From Raja brachyura (Eukaryota): 59,536 nt of DNA. Below, piece by piece: positions 25,081 through 38,060 of the stretch; position 1 is the first letter of the stretch, and the number at the start of each line of letters is the position of its first letter. A program made the translations under genes and the position numbers. The notes under the pieces were generated by a model that was given only the letters and a program-made list of their open reading frames with translations, searched no databases and was not told the origin of the DNA. The stretch spans positions 62,001 to 121,536 of the forward strand of contig CAUPSL010000102.1 in NCBI GenBank assembly GCA_963514005.1, given 5' to 3'.

Positions 25081-27415
25081 ATTGGAAAATAATCACCAAT
25101 GCGTCTACTATTTCTAGAGCCATCTCCCTGAGCACCCTGGGATGCAGACCATCAGGCCCTGGGGTTTTATGGTCCTTCACTCCCATTAGCCTCGCCAATA
25201 CTATTTCTCACCTAATGAAAATTTATTTCAGTTCCTCTACCCGCTTAGATCCTCTGTCCACCAGTACATCTGGGAGATTGTTTGTGTCTTCCTTAGTGAA
25301 GGGTTACCCATTCAACCCTTCTGCCATTTCCTTGTTGCCCATAATCATTTCACCCGTGTCTGCCTTTAAGGGACCCACATTTGACTTTGCTACTCTTTTT
25401 CTCTTAACATATCTAAAGAAGCTTTTACTGTCCTTCTTTATATTCCTGGCCAGCTTCCCTTCGTACTTCATCTTTTCAGTCCGTATTGCCCGTTTTGTTT
25501 CTTTCTGTTGTCCTATGAAAGTTTCCCAATCCTCTGGCTTTTGGCTACTCACTACTGTGTTATACATCTTTTCTTTTAGTTTTATTCTATCTCTAACTTC
25601 TCTTGTCAGCCACGGTTGCCTCCTACTCCCCTTAGAATCTTTCTTCCTTTTTGGAATGAAATGATCCTGCATCTTCCGGATTAAGCCCAGAAATTCCTTC
25701 CATTGCTGTTCCACTGTCATTCCTGCTAGGATCCCTTTCCAGACTACCTTGGCCAGCTCCCCTCTCATGCCTTCATAGTCCGCTTTGTTCAACTGCATCA
25801 CTGACACTTCGGATTTAACCTTCTCATTCTCAATTTGCAGATTAAAACTAATTATATTATGATCACTACCTCCAAGCGGTTCCTTTACCTCGGGTTCTCT
25901 CATCATATCTGGTTCATTGGACAACACTAAATCCAGAATTGCCTTTTCTCTGGTCGGCTCCATTACAAACTGCTCGAAGAATCCATCTCGGAGGCATTCT
26001 ACAAACTCTCTTTCTTGGGTGTCCTGAACCAACCTGATTTGCCCAGTCTACCTGCATATTGAAATCCCCCATCACCGCAGTGGCATTACCTTTGTTACAT
26101 GCCAGTATTAACTCCTGCTGCAACTTACACCCTGCACCCGGGCTTCTATTTGCGCGTCTGTATATAACACCAATTAGTGTCTTCTTGCCTTTACAATTCC
26201 TCAACTCAATCCACAGTGACTCTACCTCGTCAGTCCCTATGTCTTCCCTTGCAAGGGACTGAATTCCATCCCTCACCAGCAGAGCTACCCCCCCCTCCTC
26301 CTCTGCCCACCTGCCTGTCCTTTCTATAGGATGTATAACCCTGAATATTAAGTTCCCAGGCCTGATCCTCCTGCAGCCACGTCTCAGTAATCCCCACAAT
26401 GTCATATCTACCAATCTCTAACTGAGCCTCAAGCTCATCTACTTTACTTCTTATACTTTGCGCATTCATATACAATACTTTTAATTCCTTACGCATCTCA
26501 CCTTTCACATCGATCCCTATTATACTTGGCCATACTCTCCTATCCCTTTGTGAGCCTTTCCCGTTAATTCCCGTGGGGTCATTAGCTTTCGCTTTAACTC
26601 CATCCTCGACTATCCCATTTGACACCCCATCCCCCTTATTCAGTTTAAAACCACCCGTGTGGCAGTGGCAAACCTGCCTGGCAGAATGCTGGTCCCCCTC
26701 CTGTTAAGATGCAATCCGTCCCTTTTGTACAGTTTCCCCTTACTCCAAAACAGATCCCAGTAATCTAAGAATCCAAATCCCTGCCCCCTGCACCAGTTCC
26801 TCAGCCAAAGATTCAGGTCCCGTATCTCCCTGTTCCTGCTCTCGCTAGCACAACGAACTGGAAGTAAACCGGAGATAACAACCCTGGAGGTCCTGCTTTT
26901 CAACATTTTTCCGAGCTCTCTAAAGTCACGCTGCAGAATATTCATCCCCTTCTTTCCAACATCGTTTGTGCAGACATGCACTACCACTTCCAGCTGTTCA
27001 CCTTCGCCCTTGAGGATTTTCTGCACTCTGTCCGTGACATCCTGGATCCTGGCACCAGGAAGGCAGCACACCATCCTCGAATCCCGTGTGTTCCTGCAGA
27101 AACCACTGTCCGCACCTCTCACAATGGAGTCTCCAACTACAATGGCGTTGCCTGACTTTGGCCTCTTTGGTTTTGGCTCAACAGCACGTTTTGCTTCGTA
27201 AGCCAATCTGTCGCTCAGTGTGATAATGTCTTCTGTCCCGGCAGCTTCTAAGTGGGTGAACCTGTTCACAAGAGGTGCAACACCCGAGAACCTTTGCATT
27301 CCATGTTTCCCTCGTTTTCTCACCGTCACCCACCTTCTCTCTTCCAGTACCTTAGGTGTAACAATCTTACTGTAGGACTTGTCGAGGAATGACTCAGTTT
27401 CTCGGATGAACCTGA
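25081..27415 (-). mobile_element. CR1 LINE 5' part: ORF1 (SGNH/GDSL esterase-like) + APE endonuclease + linker
   Basis: ORF1 motifs VVGDSIVRG, CCLPGA, VHVCTND, DGLHLN. ORF2 motifs YMNAQSIRSK, VGITETWL, VMGDFN, LGGSDHN. Confidence 0.9.
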
Positions 27416-27416
27416 G

Positions 27417-28033
27417 GATTTGAGTATAGGAGCCGGGAGGTTCTGCTTCAGTTGTATAGGGTCTTGGTGAGACCACACCTGGAGTATTGCGTACAGTTCT
27501 GGTCCCCAAATCTGAGAAAGGACATTATTGCCATAGAGGGAGTGCAGAGAAGGTTCACCAGATTGATTCCTGGGATGTCAGGACTGTCTTATGAAGAAAG
27601 ACTGGATAGACTCAGTATATACTCTCTAGAATTTAGGAGATTGAGAGGGGATCTTATAGAAACTTACAAAATTCTTAAGGGGTTGGACAGGAAGCAGGAA
27701 GATTGTTCCCGATGTTGGGGAGGTCCAGGACAATGGGTCACAGCTTAAGGATAAGGGGGAAATCCTTTAGGACCGAGATGAGAAGGACTTTTTTCACACA
27801 CAGAGTGGTGGGTCTCTGGAACTCTCTGCCACAGAGGGTAGTTGAGGCCAGTTCATTGGCTATATTTAAGAGGGAGTTAGATGTGGCCCTTGTGGCTAAG
27901 GGGATCAGAGGGTATGGAGAGAAGGCAGGTACGGGATACTGAGTTGGATGATCAGTCATGATCATATTGAATGGCGGTGCAGGCTCGAAGGGCCGAATGG
28001 CCTACTCCTGCATCTAATTTCTATGTTTCTATG
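27417..28033 (+). mobile_element. CR1 LINE 3' fragment
   Basis: [18 protein letters not shown]...GIRGYGEKAG; TTTCTATG tail. Confidence 0.9.
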
Positions 28034-28079
28034 TCATCCACTTGCTTCTCCAGTTCCCCAACACGGTCCTTCAGGAGCT

Positions 28080-29040
28080 GTACCTGGATGCACTTCTCAC
28101 ATTTGTAGCAGCCAGAGGCAGAAAGCATTTGGTTTCTTTACTACCGATTTTACTTCCAGATTAACATTTGGGGAATCCTGCACCAGCACTCCCAAGTCAC
28201 GTTGCATCTCCGATTTCTGGATTCCCTCCCCATGTAGAAAATAGTCTGCATCTTTATTCCTACTACCAAAATGCATGACTCCACACTTTGCTACACTATA
28301 TTGCATCTGCCACTTCTCTGCCCACTCTCCCCACCTGTCCAAGTCCTTCTGCAGAGTCACTACTTTCTCTACACTACCTGCCCCTCCACCTATTTTCATA
28401 TCATCCACAAACTTGGCCACTAAGCCTTCTAACCCGTCGTCCAAATCAGTAATACACAACGTGAAGAGTAGCGGCCCCAGCACCGACCCCCACAGAACTC
28501 CGCTAGTCAGTGGCTGCCATCCAGAAATAGCCCCCTTTATTGCCACTCTTTGCCTTCTGCCATCCAGCCAACCTGCTATCCATGCTGGTATCTGCCCTTT
28601 GATACCATGGACTCTCATCTTCCTGAGCAGCCTCACGTGTGGCACCTTATCAAAGGCTTTATGAAAATCTAGATAAACACCATCCAGTAAATCTCCTTTG
28701 TCTGTCGTGCTGTTAACTTCTGCAAAGTATTCCTGCAGATTCGTCAGGCAAGATCTCCCCTTCACAAAACAGCTGACTTTGACCTATTTTATCATGAACC
28801 AAGTTCTCCGTAAGCTCAGCCTTTATAATGGATTCTGATATCTTGCCAACCACCAAAGTCAAACTAACCGGCCTCTAGTTCCCAATATTCTGCTTTGCTC
28901 CCTTCTTGTGCAGCGGGGTAATATTGGCAAATTTCCAATCATCTGGAACCACTCCTAACTCTAGTGATGCTTGAAATATCACAGATGCTATCTATGTATT
29001 AATGCGTCCACAAACTCAAATACTTCTAATGCGTTCAACT
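28080..29040 (-). mobile_element. CR1 RT fragment (duplicated, longer, at ~32560-35100)
   Basis: ORF 28097-28765 carries RT motifs; near-identical sequence at 32800-33640. Confidence 0.85.
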
Positions 29041-29286
29041 CTCTAATCCTCTCAACTCTATGCCAATTTGCTCTCAGCTCAAGTAGCAATCCAGAGATTA
29101 TTACCTTCTTGGTTCTGCTGTACAATTTGGTATCTAGCTGTTAAAATTCAGGATTGAACCCAGGTCCCTGGTGCTGTGAAGAGCTGCGTCGCTGTGCCCC
29201 CCTCTTTGTTCCTTGCTCCCCGCTGTCATTATTTTATTTCCAATTTTAGTTGCAGTGAAAATGTGAAATATTTCTGTTTTGTGCAG

Positions 29287-29313
29287 GATACGAGGAAATG
29301 GAACGATATTATG
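29287..29313 (+). CDS. BTN: Butyrophilin-like 27-nt exon preceding B30.2 (GYEEMERYY)
   Basis: tttgtgcag|...TATG|gtaag, phase 1-1. Paralogous copy at 35347-35373. Confidence 0.72.
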
Positions 29314-30759
29314 GTAAGTACAGGCCGATGTACAATTCAGTAAAACTATCTGGTGTGTGTTACGTTGGCTAAAGCGCAGATCATGAATAGTTCAATATAC
29401 CGTAGAACAGTACATCACAAGAACAGGCCATTTGGCCCACAATATCTGTGCATAACATGTTGCGAAGACCAGCTCTTATCTGCCTGCACATAATCCATAT
29501 CCCTCCATTCCCTGTATATCCAGGTGTCTATCTAAAATGCCACTATCGTATCTGCCTCCACCACCACCCCTGGCAGCACATTCCAGGTGCTCCCAACACT
29601 GGGAAAAACACTTGCCCCGCACAAATCCTTTAACCTTTGCTCCTCTCACCTTAAAGCTATGTCCTCAAGTCTTTGATTATTTTCACCCTGGGAAAAAGGC
29701 TCTGACTGTCCACCTGTTCTATGCCTGTCATAATTGTATCCACTTCTGCCTCAACCACCTCTTCCAACAGCTTGTTCCATAATCCCATCACCCTTTGTGT
29801 AAAAGAGTTCCCTCTCTGGTTCCTGTTAACTCTACTCCTCCCCCCCCCCCCCCACTTTAATCCTATGGTTGTTGATGCCCCAACTCTGCGTTTACCCGAT
29901 CTATCCCTCTCACGATATTGTTCACCTCTTTCTGATCAACTCTCTTCCTCCTGCGCTACGAGGAATAAAGTCCTAGCCTGCTCACCCTCTCCCTATTGCT
30001 CAGGCCCTCTAGTCCTGGCAACATCCTCGTGAATCTTATCTATACCCTTTACAGCTTGACAACGTATTTCCTATAACATGGTGCCCAGAAGTGAACACAA
30101 CACTCCAAGTGTGGCTTCACCAACATCTTATATAACCGCAACGTGACCTCCCAACCTCTATATTCAATACTGTGACTGATGAAGGCCAATGTGCTGAAAC
30201 ACTTTATGAGCACACTATCTACCTGTGACACCACTTTCAAGGAACTATGTTACTGCACTCCTACATTAAATTTATATTTAATCCTGTATTAAATACCATC
30301 AACCATTCCTCAGCTCATCTGCCCAACCGATCAAGATCCTGCTGTAATTTTTGACATCCATCTTCACTATCCACAATACCACCCGCTTTTGTGTCATCTG
30401 CAAACTTGCTAATTATGCCATGTACATTCTCACCCAGATCATTGATATAAGCACAGAACCATGAGGCACACCACTAGTCACAGGCCTCCAGTCCGGAAAA
30501 CAACCTTCCCTCATCACCCTCTGCTTCCCTCCATAAAGCCAATGTTCTATCCAATTAGCTATCGCTTCTTGGATCCAATGCGCTCCAACCTTCCTCTGGT
30601 TCTACGTTTCTCACCACACCTTCAATTCTTGTCAGAATCCATCATTCTCATCCCTTTGTCTTCAGCTCATCACCTCCGGCCTCGGTTCCTGTCTCCACCC
30701 TTCTCTCCCCACCTGGTCATTCTACCAATCACCCCGCCTTACCTGAACCACGTGTGTTG

Positions 30760-30950
30760 CTCCACCCCCCCCCCCACCTGAACCCACCTGAGTTACTCCA
30801 CCTCCCCGCCTCACCTGAACCCACCTGTCTTGCTCCACCCTCCCACCTTCACCTGAACCCACCTGTCTTGCTCCACCCCCTCACCTGAACCCATTTGTCT
30901 TGCTCCACCCCCTCACCTGAACCCACTTGTATTGCTCAAACCCCTCACCT
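30760..30950. repeat. Short degenerate tandem repeat (~30-35 bp; CCTCACCTGAACCCACCTGTCTTGCTCCACC), ~5-6 units
   Basis: Units directly visible. Confidence 0.75.
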
Positions 30951-31318
30951 CTGCACAGATGCCGCTCAATTTATGCACGCACTGACAGAGCATTATCAGT
31001 TTTGCCCGGTAAATATGTGTACGTGTGTATGTATGTACACAGACAGGAAAACAGAGAGGCACTCTCATGCACACACACACACACTCACAGACAAACAGAG
31101 TAAAGTATTTTGCTGCACCCCTTCCCGTCTCTTTCTGCGGTAAGAGCCGAGGGAAGCATGCGAATGAGGAAGCGTGACAAAAACTCCGTGACAGATTGTG
31201 TTGTCCACCCGATGTGGTTGGGGTGAAACCCCGGGCAAGGGTTCAGTTGTCCGCCCGCCTGTGCCCGAGTCTCCCCCCGACCCCCGGGGACTCTGTGATT
31301 CTCTGCTTCTCCCCCCAG

Positions 31319-31851
31319 TCTCCGTCACCCTGGATGTGGAAACAGCGCATGCGCGGCTCCAGGTGTCTGAGGATCGGAAGAGGGTGAGAGTGACCCTGAC
31401 CGAGAGGAGTCTCCCTGACACCGGGAAGAGGTTTACAGTCAGTCGGTGTGTGTTGGGATCGGAGGGATTCACATCGGGGAGACATTACTGGGAGGTGGAG
31501 GTGGCGGGGAGTCGGGGCTGGAGACTGGGAGTCGCCGCAGAGTCTGTGGAGAGGAAGAGACAGTTCGCACTGACCCCGGAGACTGGAGTCTGGAGCATCA
31601 AGCGGTGGGATGACGAGTTTGATGCAGTCACCTCCCCTCGATCCCCTCTCCCCGCCCGTCCCATCCCCGGGAGGGTGGGAGTTTATCTCAGTTACGAGTC
31701 CGGGACAGTTTCATTTTACGACGCGGACACCAAGTCCCATCTCCACACCTTCACTGGGAACACATTCACGGAGAAACTTTATCCTCTCTTCTGGCCTTGG
31801 CTTACGTACGACTGGATGACAATCTGCTCCGGTTCTGTTCCGGGTGAGTAA
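31319..31851 (+). CDS. BTN: B30.2 (PRY/SPRY) terminal exon of the butyrophilin-like gene, intact
   Basis: ccccag|TC TCC GTC ACC CTG GAT, phase 1. VTLDVETAH, FTSGRHYWEVEV, RVGVYLSYESGTVSFY, LHTFT, EKLYPLFWP; stop at 31849-31851. Confidence 0.92.
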
Positions 31852-31999
31852 AAGATAAGCAAACTTCCGGTCTTTGGGATGTGGGTCGGGGGTGGGGGGG
31901 TGGGGGGGGGGGGGGGGACACAGCACCCACATGAAACCCACAGACTCACAGGGAGTATGTGCACCCCACAAGTCTCCAAGGTCAGGTCTTAAGGTCGCA

Positions 32000-34900
32000 C
32001 GGTCATAGGTGATAGAAGCAGAATTAGGCCATTCGGCCCAACAAATCTACATCGCCATTCAATCATGGCTGACCTATCTCTCCCCATTTTCCTGCCTTCT
32101 CCTCATCACCCCTGATACCAGTACTAATCAAGAATCTATCTATCTCTGCCTTAGAAATATCAATTGATTTCACATCCACCACCGTCTGTGACAAGTAATT
32201 CCACAGATTCACCACCCTCTAACTAAAGAAATTCCTCCTCATCTCCTTCATAAAGGAATATCCTTTAATTCTGAGGCTATGACCTCTAGTCCTCGACTCT
32301 CCCACTAGTGGAAACATCCTCTCCACATCCACTCTATCCAAGGCTATTTGCTATTTATTAGCATTCATCTAAACTCCAGCGAGTACAAGCCCAGTGCTGA
32401 CAAACGCTCATCGTACGTTAAACCACTCATTCCTGGGATCATTCTTGTAAATTCATCTGGACCATCCCAGAGCCAGCTCATCCTTCCCCGGATACAGGGC
32501 GCAACATTGCTCACAATACTCCAAAAACGGCCAGACCAGTACCTTTCAGATCCTCAGCATTACATCCCTAATTTTGTGTTCTAGCCCTCTTGAAATAAAT
32601 GTTAGCATTGAGTTTGCTTGCTTTACTACCGATTTGACTTATAACCATATAACAATTACAGCACGGAAACAGGCCTTCTCGGCCCTTCCAGTCCGTGCCG
32701 ACCATTTATTTTCCCCTAGTCCCATCTACCTGCACTCAGACCATACCCCTCCATTCCCTTCTCGTCCATATACCTATCCACTTTACTTTTAACTTGCAGA
32801 GTAACTTTGAGGGAATCCTGCACCAGCATTCCCAAATCGCTTTGCACCTCTGATTTCTGGATTCTCTCCCCATTTAGAAAATAGTCTATGTCTTTATTGC
32901 AGCCACCAAAATGCACGACTCCACACTTTGCTTCACTACATTACATCTGCCACTTCTCTGCCCACTCTCCCAACCTGTCCAAGTCCTTCTGTAGAATCCC
33001 TGCTTTCTCTACACTTCCTGCCCCTCCACCTATTTTCGTGTCATCTGCAAACTTGGCCACAAAGCCTTCTATTCCCTCATCCAAATCAGTAATACACGAC
33101 GTGAAGAGTAGCGGCCCCAGCACCGACCCCCGCAGAACTCCGCTAGTCACTGGCAGCCAACCAGAATAACCCCCTTTATTGCCACTCTTTGCCTTCTGCC
33201 ATCCAGCCAACCTGCTATCAATGCTGGTATCTGCCCTTTGATACCATGGGCTCTCATCTTCCTGAGCAGCCTCAAGTGTGGCACCTTATCAAAGGCTTTT
33301 TGAAAATCTAGATAAACACCATCCAGTAAATCTCCTTTGACTGTCGTGCTGTTTACTTCGGCAAAGTATTTCTGCAGATTCGTCAGGCAAGACCTCCCCT
33401 TCACAAAACCATGCTGACTTTGACCTATTTTATCATGAACCAAGTTCTCCGTAAACTCAGCTTTTATAATGGACTCTAAGATCTGACCAACCATCGAAGC
33501 CAGACTAACCGGCCTATAGTTCCCAATATTCTGCTTTGCTCCCTTCTTGTGCAGCGGGGTAATATTGGCAAATTTCCAATCATCTGGAACCACTCCTTAC
33601 TCTAGTGATTCTTGAAATATCACAGATGCTATGTATCTATCTATGTATTAATGCCTCCACAATCTCTAAAGCCACCTCGTGCAGAACCCTGGGGTACAGT
33701 CTATCCAGTCCAGGTGACTTATCCACCTTCAGCCCTTTCAGCTTCCCAGCACCTTCTCCTTAGTAACAGCCACTCCACTAACTTCCACCCCCTGACTCTC
33801 TTGCATTTCAGGCACGTTGCTGGTGGCTTCCACTGTGAAGACTGTTGCAAAAAAAATCATCAACTCCTCACCCATTTCTTTATTCTCCATTATCACATCT
33901 CCTGCATCGTTTTCCAGCTGTCCAACATACACTCTTACATCTTTCTCACTGTTTGTATAACTGAAGAAACTCTTGCTATCCTTTTTTATATTTCCAGCTA
34001 GCTAACCTTCATATTTCATCTTTCCTCATCGTATATTCCCTTTTTAGTTACCTTCTGTTGTTCTTCAAAAGCTTCCCAATCCTCTGGCTTCCCACTAATC
34101 TTTGCAATGTTATACGCCTTCTCTTTTAGTTTTATACAGTCCCTGACTTCCCTTGTCAGCCACGGGCACCTCATTCTCCACCTACAATCTTTCTTCTTCT
34201 TTGGAATGAAAAGGTCCTGCATCTTCCAAATTATTCCCAGAAATTCCTGCCATTGCTGGTCCATTTTCATTCCTGCTAGGGTCCCTTTCCAGTCAACTTT
34301 GGCCAGCTCCTCCCTCATGCCTCCATAGTCCCCTTTGCTCAACTGCAATACAGACACATCTGATTTCACCTTCTCCCTCTCAAATAGCAGGTTGAATCTT
34401 ATCATATTGTGGTCGCTACCTCCTAGTAGTTCCTTTATCTCGAGTTCCCTTGTCAAATCCGGTTCATTATACAACACTAAATCCAGAGTTTCATTTTTTG
34501 CTGGTGGGCTCCACCACAAGCTGCTCTAAGAATCCATCTCGGAGACATTCCAGAAATTCCCTTTCTTGGGGTCCAGAACCAACCTTGTTGCATATTGAAA
34601 TCTCCCATCACCACCGTAGTAATGCCTTTCTTACATGCCAATTGTATATTCTGATGTAACTTGTACCCTATATCCTGGTTACTGTTTGGGGACCAGTTGA
34701 TAACTCCCATTAGAGTATTTTTACCCGCACAATTTCTCAGCTCTATCCACAATGACTCCACATCTACTGATCCCATGCCACCCCTCGCAAGGGACTGAAT
34801 TTAATTCCTTACCAACAGAGCTGCCTCACCCGCTCTGCCCACCTGTCTGTCTTTCCGATAGGACGTATAACCCTGAATATTCAGCTCCCCGCTCTGAACC

Positions 34901-35100
34901 TCTTGAAACCACATCTCTGTAATTCCCACAACATCATGCCCACCAACCTGTAACTGTGCTACAAGCTCATCCACTTTATTTCTTATACTGCACACATTCA
35001 AATACAACACCTTTAATTCTGTATTCACCTCCCCTCCTCTCACACCAGTTCTGATTTTACCTGACCTTACTCTCTTATCCCTTCTTTAACTTTCCGTCCT
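32000..35100 (-). mobile_element. CR1 fragments including long endonuclease + RT piece
   Basis: ORFs 34801-35043, 34477-34776, 34016-34519, 33147-33593 and 32941-33210 show EN/RT motifs. Confidence 0.85.
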
Positions 35101-35346
35101 GTTACGGAAAGTTAACTCTATGCCAATTTGCTCTCGGCTCAAGTAGCAATCCAGAGATTATTACCTTCTTGGCTCTGCTGTACAATTTGGTATCTACTGT
35201 TCAAATTCAGGATTGAACCCAGGTCCCTGGAGCTGTGAAGAGCTGCGTCACTGTGCCCCCCTCTCTTTGTTCCTTGCTCCCGCTGTCATTATTTTATTTC
35301 CAATTTTAGTTGCAGTGAAAATGTGAAATATTTCTGTTTTGTGCAG

Positions 35347-35373
35347 GGCACGAGGATGTGGAATGATATTATG
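35347..35373 (+). pseudogene. BTN: Duplicate 27-nt BTN exon with CGA>TGA stop
   Basis: GG CAC GAG GAT GTG GAA TGA TAT TAT G versus GA TAC GAG GAA ATG GAA CGA TAT TAT G; flanks homologous to 29055-29400. Confidence 0.75.
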
Positions 35374-37099
35374 GTAAGTACAGGCTGATGTACAATTCAA
35401 TAAAACCATCTGGTGTGTGTTATGTCGGCTATAGCGCAGATCATGAATTAGTTCAATATAACGTAGAACAGGACAGCACAAGAACAGGCCATTCGGCCCA
35501 CAATGTCTGTGCAGAACATGGTGCGAAGACCAGCTCTTATCTGCCTGCACATAATCCATATCCCTCCATTCCTTGTATATCCAGGTGTCTATCTAAAATG
35601 CCACTATCGTATCTGCCTCCACCACCACCCCTGGCAGCACATCCCAGGTGCTCCCCACACTGTGAAAAATAACTTGCCCCGCATAAATCCTTTAACATTT
35701 GCCTCTCTCACCTTAAAGCTATGTCCTCGAGCCTTTGATTATTTTCACCCTGGGAAAAAGATTCTGACTGTCCACGCGTTCTATGCCTGTCATAACTGTA
35801 TCCACTTCTGCCTCAACCACCTCTTCCGACAGCTCGTTCCATAATCCCATCACCCTTTTTGTAAAAGAGTTCCCTCGCAGGTTCCTGTTAACTCTACTCC
35901 CCCCCCCCCCCTTTATTTAAATCTATGATTGTTAATTCCCCTACTCTGGGGACGAGACTCCGATGTGCGTTTACCCGATCTATTCCTCTCACGATACTGT
36001 ACACCTCTATAGGATCACCCCTCATCCTCCTGCGCTATGAGGAATAAAGTACTAGCCTGCTCATCCTCTCTCTATAGCTCAGGCCCTCGAGTCCTGGCAA
36101 CATCCTCATGGATCTTATCTGTACCCTTTACAGCTTGACAACATATTTCCTATAACATGGTGCCCAGAACTGAACACAACTCTCCAAATGTGGCTTCACC
36201 AACGTCTTATATATCCGTAACGTGACCTCCCAACTTCTATACTCAATACTGTGACTGATGAAGGCCAATGTGCTGAAAGACTATATGAGCACACTATCTA
36301 CCTGTGACGCCACCTTCAAGGAACTATGTTACTGCACTCCTACATTAAGTTTGTATTTAATCCTGTATTAAATACCATCAACCATTCCTCAGCCCATCTG
36401 CCCAACCGATCAAGATCCTGCTGCAATTTTTGACAACCATCTTCACTATCCACAATACCACACACACTGAGCCAGCATTACCAGATTTGCCCGGTAAATA
36501 TATGTACGTGTGTGTGTATGTACACACAGACAGGCACACACTAACACATACACTAAAACACACACTAACACGCACACAGTGACACACACACAGACAGGCA
36601 CACTCACACTCACTCACACTCATACACCCTCACACTCTCTCACACTCTCTCACACTAACACACATTCACACTCTAACACACACTCACATGCACACACACA
36701 CACACTCATAGATAAACAATGAAGTATTTTGCTGCACCCCTTCCCCTGTCTCTTTCTACGGAGGGAGCAGAGGGAAGCATGAGAATGAAGAAGTGTCCAG
36801 ACCCTAGACGTGTTCTGTCATTTCCTCACACACGTGTTGCCTGACCCGCGGACTTCCTCCAGCTGTTTGTTTTTATTTCTCACCGTTAACTCGGTTCTCC
36901 TCCACTTCCACCACAGTTAGGAAACTCCGGGGAACATGTCCATGGGATGTTGGTGGGCTGGAAAACAGCCGGGATATCGTCCAGTTGTCCGCCCGCCTGT
37001 GCCCGAGGCCTAGCGGCCTCTCCCCCGGTCCCGGGGCCTCGCTGCCCGAGTCTCCCCCCGACCCCCGGGAACTCTCTGATTCTCTGCTTCTCCCCCCAG

Positions 37100-37360
37100 T
37101 CTCCGTCACCCTGGATGTGGAAACAGCGGGTCCGCGGCTCGAGGTGTCTGAGGATCGGAAGAGGGTGAGACTGACCGGGACCTGGAGGAGTCTCCCTGAC
37201 ACCAGGAAGAGGTTTACACACTGGCCGTGTGTGCTGGGATTGGAGGGATTCACATCGGGGAGACATTATTGGGAGGTGGAGGTGGCGGAGATTCGATTGT
37301 GGAGTCTGGGAGTCGCCGCAGAGTCTGTGAAGAGGATGATACAGGTCAAACTGACCCCAG
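37100..37360 (+). pseudogene. BTN: Second B30.2 exon, truncated after roughly half the domain by a CR1 insertion/deletion
   Basis: VSVTLDVETAGPRLEVSEDRK...FTSGRHYWEVEV...KLTPE, then a 19-bp local duplication and minus-strand CR1. Confidence 0.85.
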
Positions 37361-37379
37361 AGGATGATACAGGTCAAAC

Positions 37380-38060
37380 CTGTCCTGTCCATCTACCTGT
37401 CGAACTGTTTCTTAAACGATGGGATAGTGCCAGCCTCAACTACCTCCTCTGGCAGCTTGTTCCATACACCCACCACCCTCTGTGCGGAAAGTTACCCCTC
37501 GGATTCCTGTTAAATCTTTTCCCCTTCACCATGAACTTATGTCCTCTGGTTCTCGATTCCCCTACTCTGGGCAAGAGACTCTGTGTATCTACCAGATCTA
37601 TTCCTCTCGTGATTTTGTACCTCTCTATAAGATCACACCTCATCCTCCCACACTCCATAGAATAGAGACCCAGCCTACTCAACCTCTCCCTATATCTCAC
37701 ACACTCTAGCCCTGGCAACATCCTCATAAATCTTTTCTGAACCCTTTCAAGCTTGACAGTATCTTTCCTATAACATGGTGCCCGGAACTGAACACAATAT
37801 TCTAAATGCGGTCTCATCAACGTCTTATACAACTGCATCATGACCTCCCAACTTCTATACTCAATACTCTGATTGATGAAGGCCAAAGTGCCAAAAGCCT
37901 TGTTGACCACCTTATCTACCTGCGACTCGACCTTCAAGGAACCATGCACCTGTACTCCTATACCCCTCTGCTCTACAACACTACCCAGAGTCCCACCATT
38001 TACTGTCAAGGTCCTGGCCTTGTTCCACGTCCCAAAATGCAACACCTGACACTTCTCTGT
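37380..38060 (-). mobile_element. CR1 3' fragment
   Basis: ORF 37440-38084: KCQVLHFG...LYKTLMRPHLEYC. Confidence 0.85.

Noticed and set aside
25081-28033. Twin-primed (5'-inverted) single CR1 insertion
   Set aside because: The two pieces appear to be different subfamilies, ~0.9 kb of RT is missing between them, and no shared TSD was found.
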